From the NCBI GenBank assembly GCA_002269645.1, contig NIVC01000364.1, positions 587,471 to 651,470 on the forward strand: a stretch of 64,000 bases of DNA. Reading direction: 5' to 3'. Below, in pieces: positions 12,244 through 25,689 of this stretch. Source of the stretch: Macrostomum lignano (Eukaryota). The notes beneath the pieces are model-generated. The model was given only the letters and a program-made list of their open reading frames with translations. It had not been told where the DNA came from and did no database searches. Positions within the stretch are counted from its first letter, which is position 1; every line of letters begins with the position of its first letter. The position numbers were made by a program, and so were the translations under genes.

Positions 12244-12998
12244 CTTATCAGGGTGCGTCTAAAAATTGCCTTTATTTAAACAACATTTTTCTTTCCAGCT
12301 CATATTTTTAGATTGATTAAAATAAGCAGAATATGGAAACAAAAATGCGCTAATACAAAAATTTTATTGTACAAAATTGTTTATTTACATTTGAAGTGAT
12401 AATTTTAGCGTGGGCTGTGCTATGAATGCCATGCCTATGAGTGAAAAAAAATGTCATACAGATGATTGAAAAAAACATACTAATATCTTTCTGCAAAAAA
12501 ATGGTGAAATAGAGCACTTTTGTAAATAAAAATTAGTTTAAATCAGCCAACGTACATGTATCGTATAAACTTGATACTTTAAAGCACAAAATAAATTTGA
12601 CGGAACCTACACACTGTGTGAAGTTCAAAAGAATCAATTTTAACTGTCACATAAATTAGTTTCACTTCAGCTCCTGTATCGAAAACGAAGTACCTCTTTA
12701 GTTTACTAATATAATAATATTTAAAGAAGTTTCCTCAATCCAGAGGAAAAAAGAAAACATGAGTCTTATTTTTTTCTAACTACGAGTACTGAGGGGAACC
12801 GTCTAAAAACTAATAAAATACAAGATATCATGTTCTTTTATTTTTACAGATACTAAGTGTATTTAGTCGCGACCGTTACCTTTTGCCCCAGTGAACTGCA
12901 GCTCATGCCGGATGTGCAACACTCTTCGCTTCCAGCAGCTGCACCCAAAATACTTCTTCTAGCTTCTTCTTCAATGCTCGGAAATTGAGCCCAGAGTG

Positions 12999-13001
12999 CT
13001 A

Positions 13002-13041
<40 letters not shown>

Positions 13042-13110
13042 TTGCTGGTGTTGTTGCTGCTGCTGTTGGTGTTGCTGCTGCTGTTGCTGCTGCTGTTGTT
13101 GGTGATGAAG
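12999..13110 (-). repeat. Interrupted (CAG/CAA)n trinucleotide tract
   Basis: Mixed GCT/GTT triplets on the + strand. Confidence 0.85.
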
Positions 13111-14147
13111 GTGTCAGTTTTAGTATAGGCAGTGGAAAGGACGGGCGAAGGTGGCATTGTGAGAAGACCGCGCGTGTGTGCTGCTGACCAATGTAATCGA
13201 CCGGACTCGCTGTAAGCTCCTCGATCTGTTTAGGCTCTCTTCGGCCTCGTAGTTGAAGAAATAACGCGCGAACGAATAGTTTTAATACCAAGTTAAAAGT
13301 GAAGTATCGCTTAAAACTCCCGGCTCAACTCCACTCGGGGCCGAGGCGAGCCTTTATATATATTATTAGTTCAATCTCGCCCCCCCCCCCTGCCGCTGTA
13401 GGGGTGAATTTACGCGTGGGCGTGGCACGCTTTTCCGGTCTTTTAACACTGAACAAGCGAGTTGCTATTTGGGCGCGGTTAATTACCTAGGCGTTATTGT
13501 TTTGCCTAGATTGCGTTCGAGCGATTAGGGGAGGTCTAGTCTGAGTCTTTTTACCGTATTCCGCACGTCCACCGGGCCGGTTGCCACGCTCCTCGGGGTT
13601 GGTCGCCAAATTTGGGTGCGCCTGATGCTCCTCCCCGCCGGCGGACCTCCTGCGCCACCCACGCTCGATAACTTTTTTTCGCCGGGGTTTTTTCCGCCTG
13701 TCAACCGCCTCGCTCGTCTCGCCGACTCGCCATTGTCCGATCTGAAATGGGACTGGGGCTCACTGCTGTCTTTTAGCTGCAGCGCTTTGCTTTATCGCAT
13801 CTATTGAGTTGCCTTCTTCTAGACCTATTATTTTGTTGCCACAGCCTCTTTTTCCGCCCAGCGTTCCTATAGCTTTCGGTGAAGTGTCGTTGCGTCTAGC
13901 GTTTTCTTTAGCTTTGGCTTCGCCTCGCCCAGCTCATGCTTTGCAACAGCCTCTTCTACTGCCGAATTTCCAAACCCTAGCTATACCCCACACGGCCTTG
14001 TTCGCAGCACATCGACCTTGTGGAGCCCTTCTTTGCGAAGCTGCGTCCTGTCCGAGAAGGCGGTAAAACTCTGATCAAGGTCCCGTCGATGTATTGCAAA
14101 AGCCCATATTTGTCATGGGACGTCGATAGAATCGGATTGCTGTGAAG

Positions 14148-14607
14148 CTAGACACTATACCTATACGGCTGTACCTGTTCCTCTTTACAGTTAACAGTTA
14201 CCTAGACACAACCATTACGGCTGTACCTGTTCCTCTTTACAGTTAACAGTTACCTAGACACAACCATTACGGCTGTACCTGTTCCTGTTTACAGTTAACA
14301 GTTACCTAGACTCAACCATTACGGCTGTACCTGTTCCTCTTTACAGTTAACAGTTACCTAGACACAACCATTACGGCTGTACCTGTTCCTGTTTACAGTT
14401 AACAGTTACCTAGACTCAACCATTACGGCTGTACCTGTTCCTCTTTACAGTTAACAGTTACCTAGACACAACAATTACGGCTGTACCTGTTCCTGTTTAC
14501 AGTTAACAGTTACCTAGACTCAACCATTACGGCTGTACCTGCTCCTGTTTACAGTTAACAGTTACCTAGACACAACAATTACGGCTGTACCTGTGACTGT
14601 TTACAGT
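14148..14607. repeat. 52-bp tandem array CTAGACACAACCATTACGGCTGTACCTGTTCCTCTTTACAGTTAACAGTTAC, about 9 copies, related to the 45-bp array
   Basis: Shares CTAGACAC...TACGGCTGTACCTGT..CTGTTTACA with 10850-12243. Confidence 0.92.
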
Positions 14608-15609
14608 GCCTAGACACTTAAGACCCTACCTTGTTCCAATCTATGTATATTACAGCTTCTCCTTCGACAGACACTGCCTGTTACTGTCTAAAGACATAGT
14701 CTATTTCTAATCTAAAACCACTGTTTTATCAGCCACGCACTCGCATTCAAACTAGACTACTCAGAGTAGGCAGATGCAATCGCAATTTCAACCGCGGACC
14801 ATACAGCTCAACTCACTGCCGACTCAGGGCTAATTTAGCGAACAGAAATATCCTGAATGGGAACTAATTGAGCAGCGGTCTCCAACGCCCTTCACGCTGA
14901 ATTGAGCTCACGCTCTATGGCCCTAATCCCCACAGTGATACGAGACCAATTGAACGGCCGCACAGGTGGCCAATGGCATCGGCCCACTCCTCTAAACTCC
15001 AAAGGGGATTTTAGTTGCTAGGCCTGGGCGCTCGAGGTTGATATCGAAAAAAATTGACCGACCTCTTGTGGAGCTGAAATCTACGATAGAATATTGGATG
15101 GATGACGCAGTTTTGACTGAATTTCATACCGCTCGTTCTTCCGTTCTTCCCGACCTTACCCAATATTTTTTCTCCTAATGCATGTATCTCCTCCCGGCCT
15201 CTGCCCGGTGACGCAAGAGGCTCCGGGGTAGCCGCAGGTGCCGCCAGTCAGTAGCGAAGTTTCTTCAAAGTTTCACAGAGAGCTAAGCCGATTAGGAGCT
15301 TAAGTCCACACGACCGAGGCTCGCGTGTCCGCCTGCGTCTTGCCCGCCTGCGTTACCCCCGGATGACTGCTGGTTGGCCATTTCACTGCATTCGTATGGA
15401 TGTGGGGGCTGCTCCGGGCTAGCTTTTGGTGTTCTAATCAAGGATATTGTCATGTTGTTCTGTTGGGATCTTGCACAACATCTTTCCGTGTAAATTTTTG
15501 CCGAAACAATTCGATTGAATCGCGACTTAAGTCACCGCTAGAGCTAAATACTGTCTCAAATTCACTGAATCATATTCAACTGTCTCCCATGTTTGCCTAT
15601 CTTACATGT

Positions 15610-15900
15610 CTCATGCTCACCCGTCTCATGTTCACCTGTCTCACCTGTCTCATGTTCACCTGTCTCACCTGTCTCATGTTCACCTGTCTCATGTTCACCT
15701 GTCTCATGTTCACCTGTCTCATGTTCACCTTTCTCACCTGTCTCATGTTCACCTTTCTCACCTGTCTCATGTTCACCTGTCTCATGTTCACCTGTCTCAT
15801 GTTCACCTTTCTCACCTGTCTCATGTTCACCTTTCTCACCTGTCTCATGTTCACCTTTCTCACCTGTCTCATGTTCACCTGTCTTATCTGTCTCATGTCT
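15610..15900. repeat. Minisatellite of mixed 15-bp (TGTCTCATGTTCACC) and 9-bp (TGTCTCACC) units
   Basis: Direct tandem repeat. Confidence 0.9.
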
Positions 15901-16447
15901 CACACCCACATTTGAGTGTATTGAGTGGACTGTGTAATCTACTGCATATTCACCAAGAACGGCCTGTCGGCCTGTCAGTGAGTGTGACACCTTGGATGAC
16001 ACTGGGGATTATTTAACTCACGCTACTATACACTTTTGCACCTCGCCTCGTGTCTTCTAAAAGAAGAGAGTAGAGAGAGAGAGAAAGAAACAAACTCTAT
16101 AGACTACAGTTCTCCTGGAAGCAGAGCGTGTTGACAGCCTGCGCACTGTGTGCTCTGCGCCCTCTCAAGACAGACTCGCGCAATCACCTGGGATTTCTTC
16201 CTGTGAAAAAGCCGAAGGGGCGAATGGCAAACTTCGCCTCCGATGATCCGATTAGCAAACACTGCTGTCTGAGAAGAACAATTCTCTGAGCTGTATGCTC
16301 TAATTGGGTCCAGGAGAGCTGCTTAGATACACTCGAATCGAACTTTCGTACGATGTGTTAATTAAGCGCTGGGCGAGAATTTTTATCTACATTTTTGTCC
16401 GGGAATTTTAGCTCCAAACTTCCACAAAACTTTGCTTAATTATCCCC

Positions 16448-16466
16448 CTCGCATCAGCAGAAGCAG

Positions 16467-16505
<39 letters not shown>
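16448..16505. repeat. (GCA)n microsatellite
   Basis: Read directly. Confidence 0.85.
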
Positions 16506-16849
16506 GATTCGACTTGCCTCTGAGTTTTTTGTTCCGCGCAGCTTCAAGTTTCACCTGATCTCGTGTCACAATTCGGGCAGTCAGGCAGACAGACGGACAG
16601 ACGGACAGGGAGAGAACGCTTCTGCTGCTGCTGCTGCTGCTGTAAAAGAAGACGGCTCTCTGATGGGGCAGGGACGAGAAGAGAAAACGAAACGATGAGG
16701 CGCCCAGAGGAGACTGAGAGCTGCGAGCCATGGAGTTCGAGATTGGGAAGTGTCTGGAGTGGAAATCGGCATTGCTACGCAATAATTCTGATTTCTTTTT
16801 AACCTAATGGCCTGATAGAATCTAGCGCAACACTAAAAATCAGGGCCTG

Positions 16850-17105
16850 AGAGAGGAGAGGCAAGAGTAGAGAGGGGGAGAGGCGAGATGAGAGGAGCGG
16901 GGAGATAAGGGGAGAGAAGAGAGAGGGCAGATGAGAGAGGAGAGTGGAGAGGAGAGAGGAGATGGGAGAGGAGGGGAGAAAGGAGAGAAGAGAGAGATGA
17001 TGGGAGAGAGAGAGACGGGGGGAGAGGATAGAGAAGAGGGAAGAGGAGGGGAGATTAAAGGGAGATAGAAGAGAGAGGAGAAAAAAGAGAAGAGAGCTGA
17101 GAAGA
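16850..17105. repeat. Purine-rich low-complexity GA tract
   Basis: Almost only G and A on the + strand. Confidence 0.85.
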
Positions 17106-17686
17106 GACACAAACCTTGAGCGGGTTGGATTGCTATTATTGTGAAGTTTCAAAGGACCCGAGTGGCTTCGCCAGTTTCCTTTCCAGATGCTCTATTATTA
17201 GACGTCCATGGCAAGCCAGTCCGGAGCATTAATTGCTCAATCTGCGTGAGTCGCCTCCCTTCCCCTGTCTTTGTCGCGTGAAAGTGACGGAGAGAGAGAG
17301 AGAGAAAAAAAAATCTTTTCCATTCACCTGAGAGAACCGACGGAATGCAGGGGGGGGGGGTGGTGGCGGCTGCTGCTGAGAGTGTGGGGGAAGGCGGATC
17401 CTCTTTCATGACTAGGATGAGCAATAATAGTAGACGTTCTGTTGCTTGAATGGTTAGTTAAGGGCCAGAAAATATGAGACAGCGCGAAAGCCCCCGTGTT
17501 GCTCGTATCGGATGCGAAAATCTGCTGTCGGGGCCCAAGGTGCAGATTGGAAGATTTTGCTTACAGATTTGCGATTTGCCTCTGCTGCCATCTGCTGCTC
17601 AAATTAAATAGATTTTTCTGCTTTTATGACTGTTGTCTTTTGCCTGCCTGGCTCAGTGACGCCCAAGAAAGCTCAACTGAAAAATC

Positions 17687-18892
17687 AGGCGCCACCCTGA
17701 ACAATCAGGCGCGACCCTGAACAATCAGGCACACAATGAACACTTAGGCGCCACCCTGAACAATCAGGAGCCACCCTGAACAATCAGGCGCCACCCTAAA
17801 CAATCAGGCGCCACCCTGAACAATCAGGCGCCACCCTGAACAATCAGGAGCCACCCTGAACAATCAGGCGCCACCCTAAACAATCAGGCGCCACCCTAAA
17901 CAATCAGGCGCCACCCTAAACAATCAGGCGCCACCCTGAACAATCAGGCGCCACCCTGAACAATCAGGCGCCACCCTAAACAATCAGGCGCCACCCTGAA
18001 CAATCAGGCGCCACCCTGAACAATCAGGAGCCACCCTGAACAATCAGGCGCCACCCTAAACAATCAGGCGCCACCCTGAACAATCAGGCGCCACCCTGAA
18101 CAATCAGGCGCCACCCTGAACAATCAGGCGCCACCCTGAACAATCAGGCGCCACCCTGAACAATCAGGCGCGACCCTGAACAATCAGGCGCCACCTTGAA
18201 CAATCAGGCGTGACCCTGAACAATCAGGCGCGACCCTGAACAATCAGGCGCCACCCTGAACAATCAGGCGCCACCCTGAACAATCAGGCGCGCCACCCTG
18301 AACAATCAGGCGCCACCCTGAACAATCAGGCGCCACCCTGAACAATCAGGCGCGACCCTGAACAATCAGGCGCGCCACCCTGAACAATCAGGCGCCACCC
18401 TGAACAATCAGGCGCGACCCTGAACAATCAGGCGCCACTCTGAACAATCAGGCGTGACCCTGAACAATCAGGCGCCACTCTGAACAATCAGGCGCGCCAC
18501 ACTGAACAATCAGGCGCCACTCTGAACAATCAGGCGCCACTCTGAACAATCAGGCGCCACCCTGAACAATCAGGCGCCACCCTGAACAATCAGGCGCGCC
18601 ACCCTGAACAATCAGGCGTCACCCTGAACAATCAGGCGCCACCCTGAACAATCAGGCGCGACCCTGAACAATCAGGCGCCACTCTGAACAATCAGGCGTG
18701 ACCCTGAACAATCAGGCGCCACTCTGAACAATCAGGCGCCACCCTGAACAATCAGGTGCCACTCTGAACAATCAGGCGCCACTCTGAACAATCAGGCGCG
18801 ACCCTGAATAATCAGGCGCCACCCTGAACAATCAGGCGCCACCCTGAACAATCAGGCGCCACCCTGAACAATCAGGCGCCACCCTGAACAAT
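17687..18892. repeat. Minisatellite, 20-bp unit GAACAATCAGGCGCCACCCT, about 60 copies
   Basis: Direct tandem repeat. Confidence 0.95.
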
Positions 18893-19814
18893 AGACGCTG
18901 TTCTTGTACCCTGAAAGAAGGGCGCAATCATATCAAAAAGCCTAAAAATCGCCCTTTTATGCTATTATTTTGCCAGTCACTTTTAAAGCAACTTTGCTTG
19001 GTCTTGCTTGGTCTTGTGTTCCATACCTTCATGAAGAAATCAATGTACGCAACACCTTAGCCAACAATGGACAAAGTGTGCCAGCAGGGGGGAGGGCACT
19101 GCGGACTTTCCACAACGCCTCCAGGCTCTGTGAGCGGCCTGGTGTTAAGGGGATTTATTTACAGACTACTCCGCCCACCACCCCTCTCCTAAAAAAACCA
19201 GCACGAACCCCGCTTGCAATATTGGATTAGACTAAATAGCCATTCAACAATCAGTTCGTGTAGGTGACAAGTCTTCCCAGCACACCTGCATAATATGAAG
19301 CTTTTTTTCAACCGAACTTCTTTAGCAAACACGAATTTCTATTGCAGGCATTGGCAAGTATTGAATATAAGTCAAATTGCCTGTGGGATCAATATTTACC
19401 CTGCAGACACTTCCCTTCCCAACTCGATAAGGCCACCGCAGCGGGAGGGTGAAGGGAGCGAGTAGCTCGAATGTTGAGTAATTATAAACTGAGGGAACAA
19501 ACCAAACTTTTGGTAAAAAGTTCTGCATTTTCAAGTGAAATTTTTCAATGTGAAAATTAACTGTATTTATAATAGCATGATTAGTCGGATAGATTTGCAG
19601 CCTTGGTAACCCGAATTGGTTTGACACTCTCTTATCGAGATATTAATCTCCTTGTGGGTTTGCAGTTTGTTGTCTTAATCTTGAGATCGAAGGGGTCTGT
19701 CGTCACTGTTGGGAACAGAAAAATGAAGATTTAATCCGGCATTGTGAAAGTTGGTTCCAGTGTAATGAAACAGCGATTAGTTTCCATCCTTGAACTGCCG
19801 ATCTGCTGTGCTGT

Positions 19815-20395
19815 GTCTCATCTCCCTCCTCCCATCTGATCTCTCTCCTCCCATCTGATCTCCCTCCTTCCATCTCATCTCCCTCCTCCCATCTAATCTC
19901 CCTCCTCCCATCTAATCTCTCTCCTCCCATTTAATCTCCCTCCTTCCATCTCATCTCCCTCCTCCCATCTAATCTCCCTCCTTCCATCTGATCTCCCTCC
20001 TTCCATCTGATCTCCCTCCTTCCATCTGATCTCCCTCCTCCCATCTCATCTCCCTCCTTTCATCTGATCTACCTCCTTCCGTTTGATCTCCCTCCTTTCA
20101 TATAATCTCTCTTCTTCCATTTAATTCCTCTCCTTTCATCTGATCTTCCTCGTTCCATCTGATCTCTCTCCTTTCATTTGATTTCTCTCTCCATCTAATC
20201 TCTCTCTCCTTCCATCTAATCTCTCTCTCCTTCCATCTAATCTCTCTCTCCTTCCATCTAATCTCTCTCTCCTTCCATCTAATCTCTCTCTCCTTCCATC
20301 TAATCTCTCTCCTACCATCTAACCTCTCTCTCTCCTGCCATCTAATCTCTCTCTTCTGATCTCTCTGATCTCTCTCCTTCTATCTAATCTCTCAC
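19815..20395. repeat. Pyrimidine-rich degenerate minisatellite, CTCCCTCCTTCCATCTGAT-like
   Basis: Direct tandem repeat. Confidence 0.9.
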
Positions 20396-21089
20396 CTTGA
20401 TTTCCGAGGATTATCAAGATCAGCTCCTATAGCTTCCATTCCCCCCCCTGTAGTTGGCCTGTGACTTTTGGTGTGCAGAAACGATCGATAAAACTTTGAT
20501 GAGGCAGCACACACACACACTCAAGCAACACACTCTGCCATGCAACCCAAAGGCTTCAATAAGTTTTTGTGAACTCGATAGCGCGTGTCAAGAGCCGGTG
20601 CGGATGTAATTAGTGACTGCCCAGGCTGCTCCGCTGTCCACTTGATTGTCTCTCCGAGTACGAGTGCCCCACCGCCGGCCGAAATGCGATCCCGGTTCCG
20701 CTCAGAGACAGGAACAGATGGCCACGACTGTCTTGGCAAACAGGAACAACAAGATGATGCTTTGAGTGAAGCTGACGGAGTTTGGGGCCTTAACAGTATT
20801 ATACACTACTGTAGGTGAAATTACCCGAGACAATGCTAACCTTTGCCATTCATAGCCTGCCTGTTCCGTCACTGGTTGAGGCTTAACTTTTTAGGTTGAA
20901 TCGACGGATGTCTTGAAATAATGCTTTTAATAACTTATAGAGTTACATAAATATTATTAGATTAGTCATGCATTTGTGTGTCTCAAGAGCTTGGATCTCT
21001 TATCTTATCTTTTTATGTTTTATTCCACTCCATTTTTGCCTTTTTCAATATTTTCTCGCTCAAATCTCTGTTTTCTCGCCTTTACTCAC

Positions 21090-22805
21090 TCCACCCCCCT
21101 CTCTACTCTCCCCTCTCCCTACTCTCCCCCTCTCTCTACTCTCCACTTCTCTACTCTCCACCTCTCTCTACTCTCCACCTCTCTCTACTCTCCCCCTCTC
21201 TATTCTCCCCTCTCTCTACTCTCCACCTCTCTCTACTCTCCACCTCTTTCTACTCTCCACCTCTCTCTACTCTCCACCTCTCTCTACTCTCCACCTCTCT
21301 CTACTCTCCACTTCTCTACTCTCCACCTCTTTCTACTCTCCACCTCTCTCTACTCTCCACCTCTCTATTCTCCCCTCTCTCTACTCTCCACCTCTCTCTG
21401 CTCTCCACCTCTTTCTACTCTCCACCTCTCTCTACTCTCCACCTCTCTCTACTCTCCACCTCTCTCTGCTCTCCACCTCTTTCTACTCTCCACCTCTCTC
21501 TACTCTCCACCTCTCTCTACTCTCCACCTCTCTCTACTCTCCACCTCTCTACTCTCCCCCTCTCTCTACTCTCCACCTCTCTACTCTCCCCCTCTCTCTA
21601 CTCTCCACCTCTCTTTACTCTCCACCTCTCTTACTCTCCACCTCTTTCTAGTCTCCACCTCTCTCTACTCTCCACCTCTCTGCTCTCCACCTCTCTGCTC
21701 TCCACCTCTCTGCTCTCCACCTCTCTGCTCTCCACCTCTCTGCTCTCCACCTCTCTGCTCTCCACCTCTCTGCTCTCCACCTCTCTGCTCTCCACCTCTC
21801 TCTACTCTCCACCTCTCTCTACTCTTCACCTCTCTCTACTCTCCCCCTCTCTCTACTCTCCACTTCTCTACTCTCCACCTCTCTACTCTCCCCTCTCTCT
21901 ACTCTCCACTTCTCTACTCTCCCCTCTCTCTACTCTCCACCTCTCTACTCTCCCCCTCTCTCTACTCTTCACCTCTCTCTACTCTTCACCTCTCTCTACT
22001 CTCCCCCTCTCTCTACTCTTCACCTCTCTCTACTGTCCACCTCTTTCTACTCTCCACCTCTCTCTACTCTCCACCTCTCTCTACTCTCCACCTCTCTACT
22101 CTCCCCCTCTCTCTACTCTCCCCCTCTCTCTACTCTTCACCTCTCTCTACTCTCCCCCTCTCTACTCTCCACCTCTCTACTCTCCCCTCTCTCTACTCTC
22201 CACCTCTCTACTCTCCCCTCTCTCTACTCTCCACCTCTCTACTCTCCCCCTCTCTATACTCTCCACCTCTCTTTACTCTCCACCTCTCTTACTCTCCCCC
22301 TCTCTCTACTCTTCACCTCTCTCTACTCTCCCCCTCTCTCTACTCTCCACCTCTCTACTCTCCACCTCTCTCTACTCTCCACCTCTCTCTACTCTCCACC
22401 TCTCTACTCTCCCCCTCTCTCTACTCTCCACTTCTCTACTCTCCCCCTCTCTCTACTCTCCACCTCTCTACTCTCCCCCTCTCTCTACTCTTCACCTCTC
22501 TCTACTCTCCCCCTCTCTCTACTCTCCACCTCTTTACTCTCCACCTCTCTCTACTCTCCACCTCTCTACTCTCCCCCTCTCTCTACTCTCCACCTCTCTT
22601 TACTCTCCACCTCTTTCTAGTCTCCACCTCTCTCTATTCTCCACCTTTCTGCTCTCCACCTCTCTGCTCTCCACCTCTCTGCTCTCCACCTCTCTACTCT
22701 CCACCTCTCTCTACTCTCCACCTCTCTCTACTCTCCACCTCTCTCTACTCTCCACCTCTCTCTACTCTCCACTTCTCTATTCTCCACCTCTTTACTCTTC
22801 ACCTC
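21090..22805. repeat. Pyrimidine-rich minisatellite, 17/19-bp unit CTCTACTCTCCACCTCT(CT)
   Basis: Direct tandem repeat; its Ser/Leu/Pro ORFs are artefacts. Confidence 0.95.
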
Positions 22806-23619
22806 TCGCACAGAGCGCACACATTAGTACATATAGCTCACTTTTTGAGCAGTTTCTGAGTAGATTTCGCTACTTTCTACACATTTACGTTTCAGTGCCC
22901 ATTTGCCCCAGAGAATTTGGACAATATGTTCCAGCTCCAGTTATGAGAGATCTATTTAACAGTCTGCTGAATGCTAAATTTTTTTAAAAAGGCCCTAAAG
23001 GCCCCTCTCTCTTGTGTTCTCTGATTGTTGTGGAGGCCCTGCGCCTTGCCTGTCTGTGTGCACAGCCGAAATCCCTGGCCTCGGGGCGAATAGGCAGACA
23101 GACAGACAGAGAGACAGACAGACAAGCAGACAGAGTGTCCACTAGCTGGGTGTTTGCCGGAGCCACTTAGCACCTCGGGCGGCGGATGCTGAGGATGAGG
23201 AACCGCTAGCGAGTTTCTCTTTTCAGTCCCCAGAAAACCGGGCGCCCAGCTTGAGTTTGCTCAGCTCCGGCGTGGGAGAATTTCCCCCAGATTGCTGTTC
23301 GGCTTTTAGCTCGAGTATTACTATGATGAAGGAGAGAGAAGATTCTGGGAGTTGGTAGGGAGGAGAGAAAGTGGCCAGAGGCTACTCAAAGAAAATGTGC
23401 AACCTGCTACTTACTCACGGACAAACAGGGTGGTTGCGGTGGCTGCCAGCACTGAGCTGGGGGCTCCAATGGTTTGCTGTTTGCTCTGGCATCTGGCGCC
23501 GCAATAAGGGCGAGTATTGAGGGTTGCTAAGGCTGTCTGCGATGGCGAGCTGTGGGTCTGAGTGCGCGGCTAGAGACGGCGAGACGGGGATGAAGGAGGG
23601 AGATTTAGAGGTAAAATTG

Positions 23620-25095
23620 ACTGAGATAGAGAAGTGAGATGGAGTGAGATACAGAGGTGGGATGGAGTGAGATACAGAGGTGACATGGAGTGAGATAGAG
23701 AGGTGGGATGGAGTGAGATAGAGAGGTGAGACTGAGTGAGATACAGAGGTGAGATGGAGTGAGATACAGAGGTGAGATGGAGTGAGATACAGAGGTGAGA
23801 TGGAGTGAGATACAGAGGTGAGATGGAGTGAGATAGAGAGGTGGGATGGAGTGAGATAGAGAGGTGAATTGGAGTGAGATACAGAGGTGGGATGGAGTGA
23901 GATAGAGAGGTGGATTGGAGTGAGATAGAGAGGTGAGATGAAGTGAGATAGAGAGGTGAGATGGAGTGAGATACAGAGGTGAGATGCACAGAGGGGGAGT
24001 TGAGAATGGAGTGAGATAGAGAGGTGAGCTGAAGTGAGATAGAGAGGTGAGATGGAGTGAGATAGAGAGGTGAGCTGCACAGAGGGGGAGTTGAGAATGG
24101 TGTGAGATAGAGAGGTGAGATGGAGTGAGATACAGAGGTGAGATGCACAGAGGGGGAGTTGAGAATGGAGTGAGATAGAGAGGTGAGCTGAAGTGAGATA
24201 GAGAGGTGAGATCGAGTGAGATCGAGAGGTGAGCTGCACAGAGGGGGAGTTGAGAATAGAGTGAGATAGAGAGGTGAGATGCACAGAGGGGGAGTTGAGA
24301 ATGGTGTGAGATAGAGAGGTGAGATGGAGTGAGATCGAGAGGTGAGATGCACAGAGGGGGAGTTGAGAATGGAGTGAGATAGAGAGGTGAGCTGAAGTGA
24401 GATAGAGAGGTGAGATCGAGTGAGATCGAGAGGTGAGCTGCACAGAGGGGGAGTTGAGAATAGAGTGAGATAGAGAGGTGAGATGCACAGAGGGGGAGTT
24501 AAGAATGGTGTGAGATAGAGAGGTGAGCTGCACAGAGGGGGAGTTGAGATGGTGTGAGATAGAGAGGTGAGCTGCACAGAGGGGGAGTTAAGAATGGTGT
24601 GAGATAGAGAGGTGAGATACACAAAGGGGGAGTTGAGAATAGAATGAGATAGAGAGGTGAGATGCACAGAGGGGGAGTTGAGAATGGTGTGAGATAGAGA
24701 GGTGAGATGCACAGAGGAGGAGTTAAGAATGGTGTGAGATAGAGAGGTGAGATACACAGAGGAGGAGTTGAGAATAGAATGAGATAGAGAGGTGAGATGC
24801 ACAGAGGGGGAGTTGAGAATGGAGTGAGATAGAGAGGTGAGATGCACAGAGGGGGAGTTGAGAATGGAGTGAGATAGAGAGGTGAGATGCACAGAGGAGG
24901 AGTTGAGATGGAGTGAGATAGAGAGGTGAGATGCACAGAGGGGGAGTTGAGAATGGAGTGAGATAGAGAGGTGAGATGCACAGAGGGGGAGTTGAGAATG
25001 GAGTGAGATAGAGAGGTGAGATACACAGAGGGGGAGTTGAGAATAGAGTGAGATAGAGAGGTGAGATGCACAGAGGGGGAGTTGAGAATGGTGTG
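23620..25095. repeat. Purine-rich compound minisatellite (GAGATAGAGAGGTGAGATGGAGT and longer GCACAGAGGGGGAGTTGAGAATG variants)
   Basis: Direct tandem repeat. Confidence 0.93.
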
Positions 25096-25689
25096 CATAC
25101 AGAGACTGAGATTGTGAAAGCGAAGGCCATAGGTGCAATATTCAATATCTCGATGCCGCTATGCCAAGGCTGTTGTGGCCCAGCGCAACTCAAGTTCAAA
25201 CAGTAATTAGGCCGTTGGCTTATCAGTATATTTAGATTTTCAAATCTCAAACACTGCAGAGAATCAGACAGACCTGTCATCAGTTCCCAGCAGTCCGCCG
25301 CATGTCCCATCAGGGGATTGTGGGAATTTTTAATCCTCTTTCCGCCCGTCCCCATCCCCCATTACAATCTTGGCCGTCATTATGTCCCAAACGGCATAAG
25401 GCTAATTGTCCCTTCTGTGCGTTGGCCGGAGTTTCATATCGCAATCAAGCATTTGGTCAGGCCGGCAGTCGTTATAAATCTCTGTGGGACAAGTGGGAGG
25501 AGCATCTCGTCACGCCGCGGCTGAAGGTGGGTGGACAGCATGGGGAGAGCTCTCCCAAGGTTTAGGGAGCTCATGATTTGCAGATATGCATCAGATCTAT
25601 TTCGCAAGGTATCCGCTGACAGACCTATAGAGCGTTCCCCTTTGCATGCATTGTCGATGATAAATTTAAGGTAGATTTCACTACTCGAG

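Noticed and set aside
10782-12311. 509-aa Cys-rich repeat ORF, and possible CRISPR-like regularity
   Set aside because: The frame is open only because a stop-free 45-bp unit is a multiple of 3. There are no unique spacers or cas genes, and the context is eukaryotic.
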